A stretch of 64,000 bases of DNA from Candidatus Latescibacterota bacterium (GTDB lineage Bacteria > Latescibacterota > UBA2968 > UBA8231), in contig CBDETK010000013.1 of the NCBI GenBank assembly GCA_965242865.1, forward strand, positions 672,001 through 736,000, written 5' to 3'. The notes below the pieces were generated by a model. It had not been told where the DNA came from. It did no database searches and saw nothing but the letters and a program-made list of their open reading frames with translations. Positions within the stretch are counted from its first letter, which is position 1; every line of letters starts with the position of its first letter. Below, in pieces: positions 28,430 to 40,800 of the stretch. A program made the translations under genes and the position numbers.

Positions 28430-30025
28430 TGCGCCGGGGCATGGCTCGCCTTGCGGCTTTGGGATGCGCCCTGTGCTTGGGGCCGCCGTGGCTGGCGGCT
28501 GACGAATGGGTGATCGGGGGGCATGGCTTGCCGTGGGGGGAGCTCGTTCAGGTGCGCGCCCAAATCGACGACCGGAGCAGTCCGGGCGCGATCCAGTTGC
28601 GCGGCTTTACGCCCGACGAGAACATCATCACCTCGCTGGCGTGGGCGTATGGCAAGCCCAACGACTTGGTCAGCGAGGGCCATGCCGCGCTGTGGGACAA
28701 TACAGCGGCCAAGAATTCCCGGTCGCTGTCCATCGTCGATGGCGACGACACCACCAGCACCGCCGACCTGTTCAAAACGGCCGGCGTCGATCAAGACGGG
28801 CGCACGTTCTTTGTTGGACCTGGGTTCGCGTGTGCCGGCCGACAGCTTGGTGTTCTTTCCGCGGCAAGAGGGGACGTATGCCAATGGCAAGCCCTTTAGT
28901 GCCGACTTTGTCCGCAAGCACCGGATTTCCGTCAGCGACGGGCTGACATATATCAACAAGCAGCCGCTGTTCACCTTGCTGCGCGACATTCCGGTCAATC
29001 CCAACAGCGTGTTCACCATGAAGTTCCCCCAGCAGTTCATTCGCTTTATTCAGCTGCGCGTGGGGTCGCGCAGTCCCTTTGAGATCGCCGAATTTGAACT
29101 GTACGGCAATGGGTTTGTGCCGCGGGCGACGTATCGCAGCCAAGTCATTGACTTGGGCGAGGTGTCCAACTACGGCACCATCTCTTGGGTGCAGCGCACG
29201 CTCGCCTTGGCCGATGGCGCGTTGGTTGCGTTGTCCGAGCCGGGGCAGACCTCGGTGGCGGTGCGGATGAAGACCGGGCAAGACGACAGCCCGCGGGTTC
29301 ACTTTCAGAAGGTGGTGGACAATGAAACGCGCGCGGTGAGCCAAGAGGTGGTCTCGGAAGCGGACTACAACAAGCTGCCTTCGGGACAGAAGGGCGACAT
29401 TGAGGACGACGCCGACAACTGGAGTCCGTGGTCGTTGCCGCTCGAATCTGGGCAGTTGATTCCGCTGCCGAGCCCGCGGCCGTATTTTCAGTTGCAGATC
29501 GTCATGGAGAGCCAATCGGTGACGCAGACGGTGCGCATCGACTCGCTGCGGATTGAGCACTCGTTGCCTCCGGCGTCGGCGGTCGTCGGCGAGATTTCCT
29601 TGGCGGCCGAACCCAACCCGCCGGCCGACATCGGCGTCATCGACAAAGACGATACCGTGGTGCTGCCGAGTATTGACGGGGGCGAAGAGGTGCTCTTTGC
29701 CTACGACGTGCGCGCCGTGATCAACGCCAACCAAAACGGCTTTGACGCCTTGCGCATCGACACGCCGACGCCGGTGCGCTTTGTCGGCTTGCAGATGGGC
29801 GAGCCGCTCGCGCCGGTAGAGCCGGATCGCGTCAGCGCGGGCGACCGCCGCCTCGAAGTGGTGTTCACCAGCCACAAGATAACCTTTGCCAACAACGTGC
29901 CGTTGCGCGTGCTCTTTGAGGGGTCGGCCGTGGTGTTCGGCACGATTTTCACCGGCACGGTGTGGGACACGCAGGCCGATATCCTCGGCCAGTCCGTGCT
30001 CGAAGGCGATGCCAATTTTGGATAG
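28429..30025 (+). pseudogene. Frameshifted, 3'-truncated paralog of the CHU_C/FlgD-tailed secreted family
   Basis: One extra base near 28810-28817 shifts RTFF into DLG; FEIAEFELYGNGFVP and WSPWS match 11154/13149; stops at EGDA-NFG before the TPNGDG domain. Confidence 0.75.
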
Positions 30026-30035
30026 AGGACACACA

Positions 30036-30860
30036 ATGCGGACCTATGGAATGGGCATCATTGCGTTGTTCGTCCTACTGCGGATAGGCGATGCGTATGC
30101 GGAAACAGAGCCAGAAGAAATCACGATCCGCATCCGTGGAGAGCACAAGGCGGTGACTTCGGCTCTGTTGGAGGCGGCTAACGAGGGGACGCCGATTACC
30201 GGGATCGCCGAGTTGGATTCCCTAGCGGCCACATACGGCCTGATGGGGATATATCACAAGTCTGGCTTTTATGGGTATCAGTTTCGGCTGACATTTCCGC
30301 CGGGTTCGGATGGGGCTGCCATTGCCGGAGCCTATGGGAACGTATCCTATATACATACACAATCGGTCGAGCCGGTCAAGCCAGTGGATTCGTACTTCCT
30401 AAACGATAGGGCTATTACGAGAATTCCGACAAAGGTAGGCGTAGGTGTGCTGACGACGGTCGGTTTGGGAACCGTATTCGTGCTAGGGGCAGGGACAGAG
30501 GGAGATGATGGTATTGGTGTATCAATTGCCGCGTCTGCAGCACTATTTTTTGGATACCCTCTTGGCGTGTACTTGGCCGATCCGGTGGAGAGTTCCTGCT
30601 GGATGACATTCATAGGTAATGGGATAGGATGGTGGGGGGGTACTTCTAGCATATTATCAGAGTGGGCCGGGTGGATAACAGTGCTTGGGACACCAGTACT
30701 TGCATCGGAGCTATCCCGGCTGTTACCCAAGCGGTTTCGCAGTCCCAACCCATTCAAATGGCTATTCGGAACGTTTGGTCAGCCTATCCCCCGCGTATCT
30801 TTCGATTTAGTGCCGCAGCCTCAAAGGGGCTTGTCGGCGGTAGCAAAGTTGCGCTTTTAA
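30036..30860 (+). CDS. Gly-rich membrane protein with N-terminal subtilase-propeptide-like domain and C-terminal LRF beta-hairpin
   Basis: TAGAGGAC..ATGCGGAC start shared with 23554; ITGIAELDSLAATYGL...FRLTFP...VEP; ends RVSFDLVPQPQRGLSAVAKLRF. Confidence 0.6.
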   Translation: MRTYGMGIIALFVLLRIGDAYAETEPEEITIRIRGEHKAVTSALLEAANEGTPITGIAELDSLAATYGLMGIYHKSGFYGYQFRLTFPPGSDGAAIAGAYGNVSYIHTQSVEPVKPVDSYFLNDRAITRIPTKVGVGVLTTVGLGTVFVLGAGTEGDDGIGVSIAASAALFFGYPLGVYLADPVESSCWMTFIGNGIGWWGGTSSILSEWAGWITVLGTPVLASELSRLLPKRFRSPNPFKWLFGTFGQPIPRVSFDLVPQPQRGLSAVAKLRF

Positions 30861-33800
30861 TCTCTCATAAAGGGAGGATATACTTTATGTCGCTTATGAT
30901 CGCAGTAATGACCCTGTTGTCTATGCTCATGGTAGATGAGACAGGGGCGGATGCGGCCAGTGATTTGAATTTGGCCGAGATGTTTTCGCCGATCTTGATT
31001 CTGACGGAAGAGACCGGCACGGACTATGACGAGACGGAGCCTATCCGCGTCATCAAACCGGAACCGGTGGAAATCGTCGGAGCGCACAATATTGCGTATA
31101 TGTGGTTTGATATACCCGGAATTGGTCAGGGAAATTACTTAGATTCAGAGTATTTTAATACCAATGACCTTTCCTTGAACGAAGATTTATTATCTAAACA
31201 ATTCTATGGGACGACTTCACCAAATAGATTCGATTTTGATAGAGGTAAGTTTGCCTTTTTAACAGGAGTTGAGCCGTTCACATTTATAGTTCGCTATGGC
31301 TCAACAAAAATGCCCAAAGCCCCAGATGGCGTTAGTTATCCCGATCACCCCGCCGGCAAGCCATATGTAATAGACCGTAGACCGTGCCTATTTTGACTAT
31401 CCCGGTAAAATCGCCAGCGAGTGGAACAATACGTACTTTGGCACAGGAGAGCAGGTCGACTATCAGATCGCCCCAATATCCTATTATAGAGGCGCGAACC
31501 ATCCCAATACGGCTTATGTGCATATATACGAGAGAACAATTGATAAGTACAAGGCTAAGTATGATCCCATCACCGTTATCCAATACAAATACTTCTACCC
31601 GTACAATGACTGGTGGAATAACCATGAAGGGGACTGGCAGGGTATCGACGTAGTGGTCAGTTCGCGGGATCCCGCTACCGCCGAATTCCTAGGTGTAGAG
31701 TATCGGTTTCATGGTGCATGGTTGAGTTACTACAAAGATTATGGCGATAAACCTGGGATAACCAATCGCGTTGTATTCGATCCGGAACGTGCCGTAAGAC
31801 TGATCGACACCCACCCGGTAGCCTATATAGGTGCTGGATCGCACGCGGCATACCCTATTGGCGGAGAAATTGAGCTCCACTTCACTGACACCGGTGGTAA
31901 TGCAGGAACAGAGGGAGCAAGTGGAACTGTAGGAGGCGACGAAGGAGTACGTGGAGAAGTAGGGGGAGACAGGGAATACATGAGCCATACGGGCTTAGTG
32001 CTCAGCACTTTAGCCGATGGTTCCCATAGCGATCTATGGGAGAGCTATAACTTGGTGCTGTTGCCCGATCCTGATCCAACCAACACCAATAACATGGGCC
32101 TTACACCAGACATGAGCTGGTTGGGAGCGCGGATACTGTGGGGGACGCCAGTGGTTCATGGCCCCGGTGGAAACAAGAGCCCAAAGGGGCCTTATAACAG
32201 AAATTACGGACCAAATAGCAAGAGCAGAGGTTGGGGGGATTTGAAGTTGTTCACCGCAAAAACGCTATACGGTGATACTTTTCACCATAGCGATTTAGAA
32301 ACACACAGCTATCACCATTGGGCCATTATCGGCGACGAGACATGGAGTGGCACAATCTCTCTGAGCGGCGATGTGGTGGTCTTTCCTGGGGCGACGCTTA
32401 CGATACAGGCCGGCACCACCGTTGAGTTCTCTCCGGACGATCGCCGCCAGTCGGATGATCGCCACCAGTTCAAGGAAGGTAACGACAGGCTCTCGGAGAT
32501 ATTCGTGTATGGCACCTTGAAGTCCGAAGGAACCAGTAGTAGTCCAGTTGTATTTAGAGGCTCCAATGTCTCGGATGATGAGCGGCATTCTGAGTTGCGT
32601 TGGGATTGGGGCGGCATCCGCATGATGGCGGGCAGTTCGGATACGGTACGCCATACTCAGGTTCGCAATGTGCCCCTCCCGTCGGTCCGTCCGACGAATC
32701 TGAGGGTGGTCGTCGGTGATGGCGCGGTGACGTTGCGGTGGGAGGAGCCGTCCCCGTCCGATGCGAGTATCACCGGGTGGCAGTATCGCACCAAGCCGGA
32801 GACTGCTACTACTTGGGGGGATTGGGAGGACGTGTCCGGGCGGTCAACGCACGAGGCGGTGGTGTCGTCGTTGGCGCACGGGTTGCGGCACCAATTTGAG
32901 GTGTGGGCGGTCAACGCCACTGGTAGCGGACCGGCGTCGGCGGTGTCGGCGTCGTTGCTGGAGGTGGCGTTCATTGAGCCGATCGACCCGGTCAGGGCGA
33001 TACGCGCACGTTACACCCTGATCGAAAGTGGCAAGCCGGTCGTCTTCGTGCGCGGCGTGCGCGGCCAAGCCGAAGATCCGGCCCTAACGGCCAACAAGGT
33101 GCAAGTGGGGGTTCAGTTGACGCCGGCGACCGACCGGCGGGTGACCATTCCCATCACCGTAACGGCCGGTTCGGCTGAGTCCGCCGACTACGAGGTGCGC
33201 GGCCTGCCCGCTTCGGGCCGGTTGGTCTTCGGTGTGGGTCGGGCCTTAAAGGAGTTCAGGATCTGGGCCAACGCCGACGCGGACTTCGACGACGAGACGA
33301 TTCAACTTAGCTTTGGGGCGTTGCCGGCGGGGGTGCAGGTGGGGCGCCCGGCGTCGGCGATGGTGACGATATACGATACACCATCGGCTCCGATGGGCTT
33401 GGAGGCGGAAGGCGGCGATGGGCAGGTGACGCTGCGGTGGGACGATCCGGACAACAGGAGCATCGCCGGGTGGGAGTATCAGCAGCGGCGCATCAGATCG
33501 TCGTGGAGCGAGTGGCTACCTATGAAAGCCAGCAACGCTCGGACGACCGAGTATTTGGTGAAGGATCTGACCAACGGGGGGAACTACCTGTTTAAGGTGC
33601 GGGCGGTCACTACGCGGGGGTTGGGGGATGAGTCGGCATCGGTGGCGGCTCGTCCGAGTTCGTTTATTGCGGAAGCGGCCCCTGGCGCGGTGCGGCTACG
33701 CTGGGACGATCCGGGGGATGCGGCGATCGACCATTGGGAGTATCGGGTGCGTCGGGTTCCGGATAAGTGGGGTCCGTGGGAGCCGATAGCAGGCAGTGCT

Positions 33801-33913
33801 GCGACGACGACCGAGCATACGGTGCGGGAGTTGGACAGCGGGGTGTTGTACCGGTTCAAGGTGCGGGCGGTTTCCTCGTCGGGGGCGGCGGTGCTGACTT
33901 TGGCGGCGGTCGA

Positions 33914-36851
33914 GGCGACGCCGCAGGTTCCCTGTCAACTGACGGGGGCGACGGATCCGACATTTGCGGAAAACGCCCCTGGGGCGGTAGGCACGTACAC
34001 GGCCAGTGCGGGGTGTGATTCGGCGTTGTCGTGGGGGTTGGCGGGGACGGATGCGCGCTTTTTTGAGTTGAAAGGGGACGGCATGTCGCGCACCCTCGAG
34101 TTCAATAGTTCTCATAGTCCTCCCAACTTTGAGCAGCCTGCCGACGCTGGCGCGAACAACACTTACGCGGTGTCGGTGTCCATCGGCGACGCATCCGTGT
34201 CGGTGACCGTGTCGGTGACCGATGCCAACGATGCCGGTGTCATTAGTCTTTCGACGACCGCGCCGCGAGCGGAGGAATCCCTCACGGCAACGCTGTCGGA
34301 CGAAGATGGCATTGCAGAGCCGGTGTATTGGACGCCCCACTATGAGAGCACCTCGGACAGGGATGGCGTAACCGGGCCGGCGTCGGAGGCGACACAGACA
34401 TGGACGCTGACCATCCCCAGCAGCCGCGTGGGGCAGCCCCTGCGCCTCCAAGCCGACTACACGGACTCTTTTGGCGCGGCGTCGGCGACGAGTGCTTTGA
34501 CTTCGCCGGTGCGCCCGGCCTCCAACCGCGCCCCGTCGGTGTCGGGTCCGGCGGCGGTGGACATAGCCGAAAACAGTTCCGCCCCGTGGTTGTTGGGCAC
34601 TTATATCGGCCGCGACCCGGATGGCGACGAGTTGACGTGGAGCGTAACAGGCACGGATGCCAGTGCGTTTGAATTGAAGGAGCCGGCGTCGCCGGGGGCG
34701 GAGCCGTCGCGGGAACTCCATTTGGCGAATGCGGCCGATTACGAAACCCAAGATAGCTTATGACGTGTGGGTGAAGGTCTCCGACGCGACACTGTCGGAC
34801 AGCCTGCGGGTGTCGGTGTCGGTCGTCAATCAGAACGAGGATGGGTCGGTGGTGCTGACGGGGGGGTTGCCGCCGGAGGTGGGCACGGCGGTGGTGGCGG
34901 GGTTGACCGACCCAGATGGGCAGATTACGGGATCGGCTTGGCAGTGGCAGCGTCGGTTGGGCACAACGGGAGCGTGGGAAGCGATTGGGGCCGGGGTGTC
35001 GGGGGCTTCATCAGCGGTGTCGGGTGCGGCCTCGGCGTATCCTGAGCTATCGAGCTACACGCCGGTGTCGGGCGATGTGGGGTGGCAGTTGCAGGCGACA
35101 GTGCGCTACCGCGATGGGCACGATCCCAACACGGAACGGATGTCCGCAAGTGATCCAAGTCGGGCGGTGGTTGGTCCGCCGGTTGCGCCGTCGGAGGTGT
35201 CGTTTCGGTCGGGGTGGACGCAGGTTCGGGTGGAGTGGTCGGCGGTGGCGGCAGCGACGGGCTACGCGGTGCAAGGGCAGAGCAAACCCTTTGATGGCGG
35301 CACATGGCCTTCGACATGGACATCATTGGCGTCTGAGGTCGTCGGCCAGCGGCGGTATGTTCACCGGGGGGTGTCGCCGGATAGCCTATATCGGTATCAG
35401 GTGCGGGCGCGGGTAGGCGAGTTGGAGAGTGCGTGGTCGGCGGCGCAGCCTTTGGCGGGGGTTCAGCCTGGGGTGGGTCCGCCGACCGGGTTTACCGCCG
35501 AGGCCGGGGCGACCCAGGCGACGCTGCGGTGGACGGGGCCGGATCACGCCAGCATCACCCAGTGGCGGTATCGGGATGTGACGGCGGAGGGGGCCGATAC
35601 GGACGGGGACTGGCTGGACGCGACGGTCAGCGGTAGTGCCGCGACGGCGTGGGTGGCTACGGTAGAGGGCTTGACAGCGGGTCAAGCGTATCGGTTTCAA
35701 GTGCGGGCGGTCAATGGGGCCGGCGGTGGTCGGCCTTCGGCGGTGAGCAATACGGTAACGCCGTGGTTGGCTCGGCCCACGGGCGGTTCGGTTTCAGTGC
35801 AGGCGGGACCGGCGCTGAAGGTTGCTTGGTCATCGGTGGCGTCGGCGACCGGCTATGAGGTGGAAGGGCAGAGCAAGCCATTCGATGGCGGGTCTTGGCC
35901 ATCGGCGTGGACGACGCAACAGGCCAACGGCGCACAGCCCTATGTGCATCGAGGGGTCGATGCCGACCGCCGCTATCGCTACCGAGTGCGGGCGCGAGTG
36001 GGCGCGACGGTGAGTGCCTGGTCGGATACGCTGCCGGGGGTGGCGGGAGTGCAACTGCCACCGGGCGCGCCGATGGGCTTGACGGCCACGCCGGGCATCC
36101 GACAGGCGACGCTTCGGTGGACCGGGCCGACGCACACCAGCATCAGCGAGTGGCAGTATAAGCGGGGCCAGATTTTGGAGCCGATCACCGCGTGGGGGGG
36201 ATGGCTGTCCATGGGGACGGCGGCGACGACGCGGTCGTTTATAGTGCGGCATCCGCTGGTGGATGGGGGGTCTTATCGGTTTGAAGTGCGGGTGCGCAAC
36301 GGCGGGGGATGGTCCGCGACGACGCGGACGGATACGGTGACGTTGCCGGTGGACACCAAGGGGCGTGTGGTGCTCTCGACGACCACGCCGCGGGTCGGCG
36401 ACGACTTGATGGCGACATTGACCGACCCGGATAACCCGACGGATGTGGGGTTTACTTGGTCGTTTTCCCTGCCGGCGGGGGTGTCGGGGGCCAACGGAGC
36501 CGATCCGCCGCCCAGCGCATTGCAGTCGGAGCCGTTGCGGGTGAGCACAGTGCATTTGGGGGTGCAGATCCGGGCGCGGGTGTCCTATGCCGATGACTAT
36601 GGTCGGCAACAGGTGCAAAGCCCCAAGACATCGGCGGTGGTGGGGCCGCCGTGGGCGCCGCGGACGTTTACGGCGACGGCCGGCGATGGGCAGGTGGCGC
36701 TTTCTTGGGAGGCGCCCTTGAAAATCGGCGGCTCGGCGATCACCAGTTACCAGTACCGCTACAAGAAGACCAGCGGTAGCTGGCCGGAGAACTGGACGAG
36801 TGCCGGCACGGCGACGAGCGCGACCGTGACGGACTTGACCAACGGCACTCC
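33914..36851 (+). repeat. ~3-kb cadherin/Fn3 stalk repeat, copy 1
   Basis: Near-identical DNA to 40271-43289, 48092-51069 and 58899-61889; boundaries approximate. Confidence 0.9.
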
Positions 36852-36913
36852 TTTTAACATAGAAAACCCGAGATTCCGGTTGCTCGCAAAGGTGAGTGCT
36901 GGAACGGCTTCGG
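36850..36913 (+). pseudogene. Remnant of an LRF-family gene fused to the end of large gene 1
   Basis: Encodes PFNIENPRFRLLAKVSAGTAS, versus PFDIENRGLRLLAKVAAGTAS at 23641-23704. Confidence 0.8.
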
Positions 36914-36929
36914 AGACAGGAGATACGTC

Positions 36930-37859
36930 ATGCTTTTTCTAATGCTTTTTTGGCTAGGCGTTTGTGCTTCCGCCGCAATGGCTATAGCCGATGAAATCAA
37001 TGAAGTCATCACCCCCATAGAACTCAATCCGCACGACTACGTCCCTTTGGCAGTGGGAAACCGCTGGACGTACGAGCATTATTATCTCAATGAATCATAT
37101 CCCGGTGGAAGTGGCTGGTACGACTTGGAATACCTGAAGGCCATGGAGATACCTGGATATCCACATGGGAGGGAGAATCCAATACCGCCCGATTCTCTGA
37201 CCTTTGTAGAGAGAATATTGACTATTGAGATCACTCATACGGAGATGATTGACGGCTTTGAGTACTTTGTTTTTAGCGGTCCCGATTATGCTTGGCCGCC
37301 CTTACCCGATTTGTTCTGGGGAGGGAAAAAGGTACGTATATCCGATGAAGATTTCTTAGTCTTCAGATGGAATGGGCAGGATCTCCCATTATATGACTTC
37401 AGCCATCATCATTTGGACCGTTATGATGATACTTATTATGACAGTTATAGGTATACAGTCATACTTCCAGGAATTGAGGAGGTGAGTGACTTCTATCGTA
37501 AGGTGGACATCCGCGGGATGGACATCTTCTTAGCCCTTTTCTCTGGCATGGACTACTATAATTCCGGTATCTACTTCAGTCGCTATATACTCCCCAGTTA
37601 CCCGGAATTGCTCTTTTTTTGGGATCATGGAGAAACCCAGTTGGTGTTTGTACACGGATATGGGATGGGGCTGTTTAATATCGCGGTGCTACGCGAAGAG
37701 TGGGTGCCTATATTTGAGACTCTCCTTACACCGATTTCAGTGAGTATTGACGGGAAAGAAATTCCATACCCCGAACATCTACCTCCTCCTTTCCTCGACT
37801 CTTCTGTTCAGCCTACATCGTGGGGACAGTTGAAAAACTCTATACTCAGGACAAAGTAG
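36930..37859 (+). CDS. Secreted PLxVGNxWxY-family protein with SWG tail
   Basis: Signal peptide; DYVPLAVGNRWTYEHYYLN; closest to 25005..25916; ends SSVQPTSWGQLKNSILRTK. Confidence 0.72.
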   Translation: MLFLMLFWLGVCASAAMAIADEINEVITPIELNPHDYVPLAVGNRWTYEHYYLNESYPGGSGWYDLEYLKAMEIPGYPHGRENPIPPDSLTFVERILTIEITHTEMIDGFEYFVFSGPDYAWPPLPDLFWGGKKVRISDEDFLVFRWNGQDLPLYDFSHHHLDRYDDTYYDSYRYTVILPGIEEVSDFYRKVDIRGMDIFLALFSGMDYYNSGIYFSRYILPSYPELLFFWDHGETQLVFVHGYGMGLFNIAVLREEWVPIFETLLTPISVSIDGKEIPYPEHLPPPFLDSSVQPTSWGQLKNSILRTK

Positions 37860-37898
37860 GTCTTTCCGATTTACACACCTTTAGAAAATGAGGATACT

Positions 37899-40800
37899 AT
37901 GATAATTCTACTGTTTTTGCTCATTAGTCTCTACTCCTCCAGCACTTGGGGCCAAGATTTCGTTTGTGGGTTTGGTCTGGCACCGGAATCCGAGAATGAT
38001 CAGGTCATGGGTGCGAGTGGCCATAATCCGGCCTTCTACCGGAGTCAAACCATCCAACCGCTGGTTCTGTTTGGAAGGTTTGATGGTGCAGCAGATCGTA
38101 CTTTAACGACACTTTGGGATCGCGAGGGCGTCGCCAATCAGCGCGCCGATTCTTTGCTATCCGTCACTCATGAAGGTAGTTTGGCGCACTATTTCTCCGA
38201 GATGTCGAATGGCACCTTGACGTTGGTCCCACCCCCCGGCGGTATTGACCTGACTTGGTATGAGGCGCAAGATGACGAGGTCTCCGATTATGTAGGATCG
38301 CCATGTGGTACTAATTGGCATGGTGGTGTGCAGCGATTTGTACGGGAAGTGATCATGGATGCCGACGCTTCTATTAACTTCAGCGATTCCATTTATGATA
38401 GAGATATGAACGGTCTGGTCGACTTGGTTATCGTGACCGTTCCACAACAGTTTGGAAGGGCGTGCGGTCCCAATGGGACGGTCTTTTACGAACACGACTT
38501 TTCCCCCCTTCTACGTATAGATGGAGTCGGCATAGAAGCTATCATCACGTCGGATGATCGGCCAAGTTTGCCTTTCATTGTAGGCGTGTTAGTGCATGAG
38601 TATGGCCACGTAATGGGCCTACCTGAGCTTTTTGACCGAGATCACCAATCCGTAAATCGGCCTCCCCGCAGACCGATAGAGCACGGAGCCGGCATCGGCC
38701 TTTGGGGCGTAATGGCTGGCGGCGAGGGATGGCCGCATGTCCCAAGTAGGTCGTCCGGCCCGAATCCCATGTCAGCGTGGTCTAGGATGGAGGTAGGGTG
38801 GCTCACGCCTAGGACCGTGGCCGCCGACACGTTGGGAGTTCAAATCCACGATGTCAATTCTTCTATGGGCGAGGTACTTGAGATTCCCGTGCCCGGTTCA
38901 AGAACGGAGTACTTTTTAGTGGTCAATCGGCAGAATACGTATAGTGAGACCCGTAGTGAGACTCAGGTGGGGAGTTACTACGACGACTTGGCTCCAGTGA
39001 GTGGTCTGGCGATCTGGCACGTTGATGAGAATGTCCAGAATTTCCCTGGAGCCCTTGATGTCAACGAAAATGAGGTCCACAAACGTGTTGATCTGGAGTG
39101 CGCTGACGGACTTTTTTTAGACCGAGGTAGGGGCAACGTGCCTAATTCTGAAATCGGAGGAGATAATCTGGACTACTGGTCAAATGATGCCACCTATAGA
39201 AGGATTCGCAATGGAAATCAAGGCGACGCGACCGATTTGTGGATCTCTGGCGCGTTCACGCCGTATAGCAACCCCTCAACAGCGGGCTACGATGGCAATA
39301 TTCAGGATGAGTTCACAGGGATCGCGGTGCGGAACATTCAGGCTCGGCCCAATGGGGTGATGCAGGCCGACATCGTCTTTCTGCCTCTGGAGCCGGCGAA
39401 CCTTCGGGCGGAAGCGGGTATCCGTCAGGTGACGCTGCGTTGGAACGCGCCAATGCCTAATGGCGGTTCAGCGATCACCGGGTATGAGTATCGTCAGAGC
39501 CTTGATGGGGGGCGCACATGGATGCCCTGGACGCCGGTGACCGGAGGATCCACGGACCGTATCCAGACAGTGGGGGAGTTGACGGCCGGTACGCTGTACA
39601 CGTTTGAGGTGCGAGCGGTCAACGCGTCGGGGTCAGGTGGGTGGGCTTCCGCCACGGCGACGCCGGTGCCGTCGGTGCCGTCGGCGTCGGTGACGGCTGG
39701 GTTTCGCCGGATTCATGTGGACTGGACGCCGGTGGCGTCGGCGACGGGCTACGATGTGCAGGTGCAGAGCAAACCCTTCGATAGGGGCCCTTGGCCGACA
39801 GCATGGTCGCCGTTGGCCACCAATACCGCCGGCCGGATCCCCAATAATAGGTCGTCGCTTCTGCGGGAGACGCACACGAGGGTGTCGCCGGATAGTTTGT
39901 ATCGGTATCAGGTGCGCTCGCGGGCGGGTGCGTCGGTGAGTGGGTGGTCGGCCCTGGTGCCGGATGCGGATGGGGTCCAGCCCGGCGTTGATGCTCCGAC
40001 GGAGTTTCAGGCGGAGGCGGGTGCTGGTCAGGTGACGCTTCGGTGGACGGGTCCGGATCACGCCAGTATTACTCAGTGGCAGTATCGGGATGTGACGGCG
40101 TCGGGGGCCGATACGCGGGGGGGTTGGCAGGACGCAGCGGTCAGCGGTAGTGCCTCAACGGAGTGGTTGGCCACGGTGGACGCCTTGACGCCGGGACAAG
40201 CCTATCAGTTTCAATTGCGGGCGGTCAATGGAGCGGGGGACGGCCAGCTGTCGGCGGTGAGCGATGCGGTGACGCCGCGGGCGCCGGTCTGCCTGCTGAC
40301 GGGGGCGATGGCTCCGACGTTTGCCGAAAACGCCACTGGAGCGGTAGGCACGTACACGGCCAGTGCCGGGTGTGGTTCGGCGTTGTCGTGGAAGTTGGAG
40401 GGGACGGATGCGAGTGCGTTTGTGGAGTTACAAGGGACGGGCGCGTCGCAGACGCTTGAGTTCAAGCGTCCTCCCAACTTTGAGCAGCCTGCCGACGATG
40501 GTGCGAACAACACCTACGCGGTATCGGTGTCCATCGGCGACGTGTCGGTGTCGGTTACCGTGTCGGTGACCGATGCCAACGATCCCGGTGTCATTGTCCT
40601 TTCGACGACCGCGCCGCGAGCGGAGGAATCCCTCACCGCGACGCTATCGGACGAAGATGGGATTGCAGAGCCGGTGTATTGGACACCCCACTATGAGAGT
40701 GCCTCGGATGGCGGCGGCGTAACCGGGCAGGCGTCGGAAGCGACGCAGACATGGACGCTGACTATCCCCAACAGCCGTGTGGGGCAGTCCCTGCGCCTCC

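Larger units (their letters stand above)
30887..36942 (+). pseudogene. Large secreted protein 1: Vps62/NPP1-like head, beta-helix, Fn3, Calx-beta, cadherin/Fn3 stalk; two frameshifts, 3' truncated
   Basis: GGAGG RBS and signal peptide; FSPILIL, YFYPYNDWWNNHEGDWQGI, HPVAYIGAGSHAAYP. A 7-bp duplication TAGACCG (31371-31384) and an extra T (34758-34759) split ORFs 30662/31518/34729; removing them restores one frame. Confidence 0.75.
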
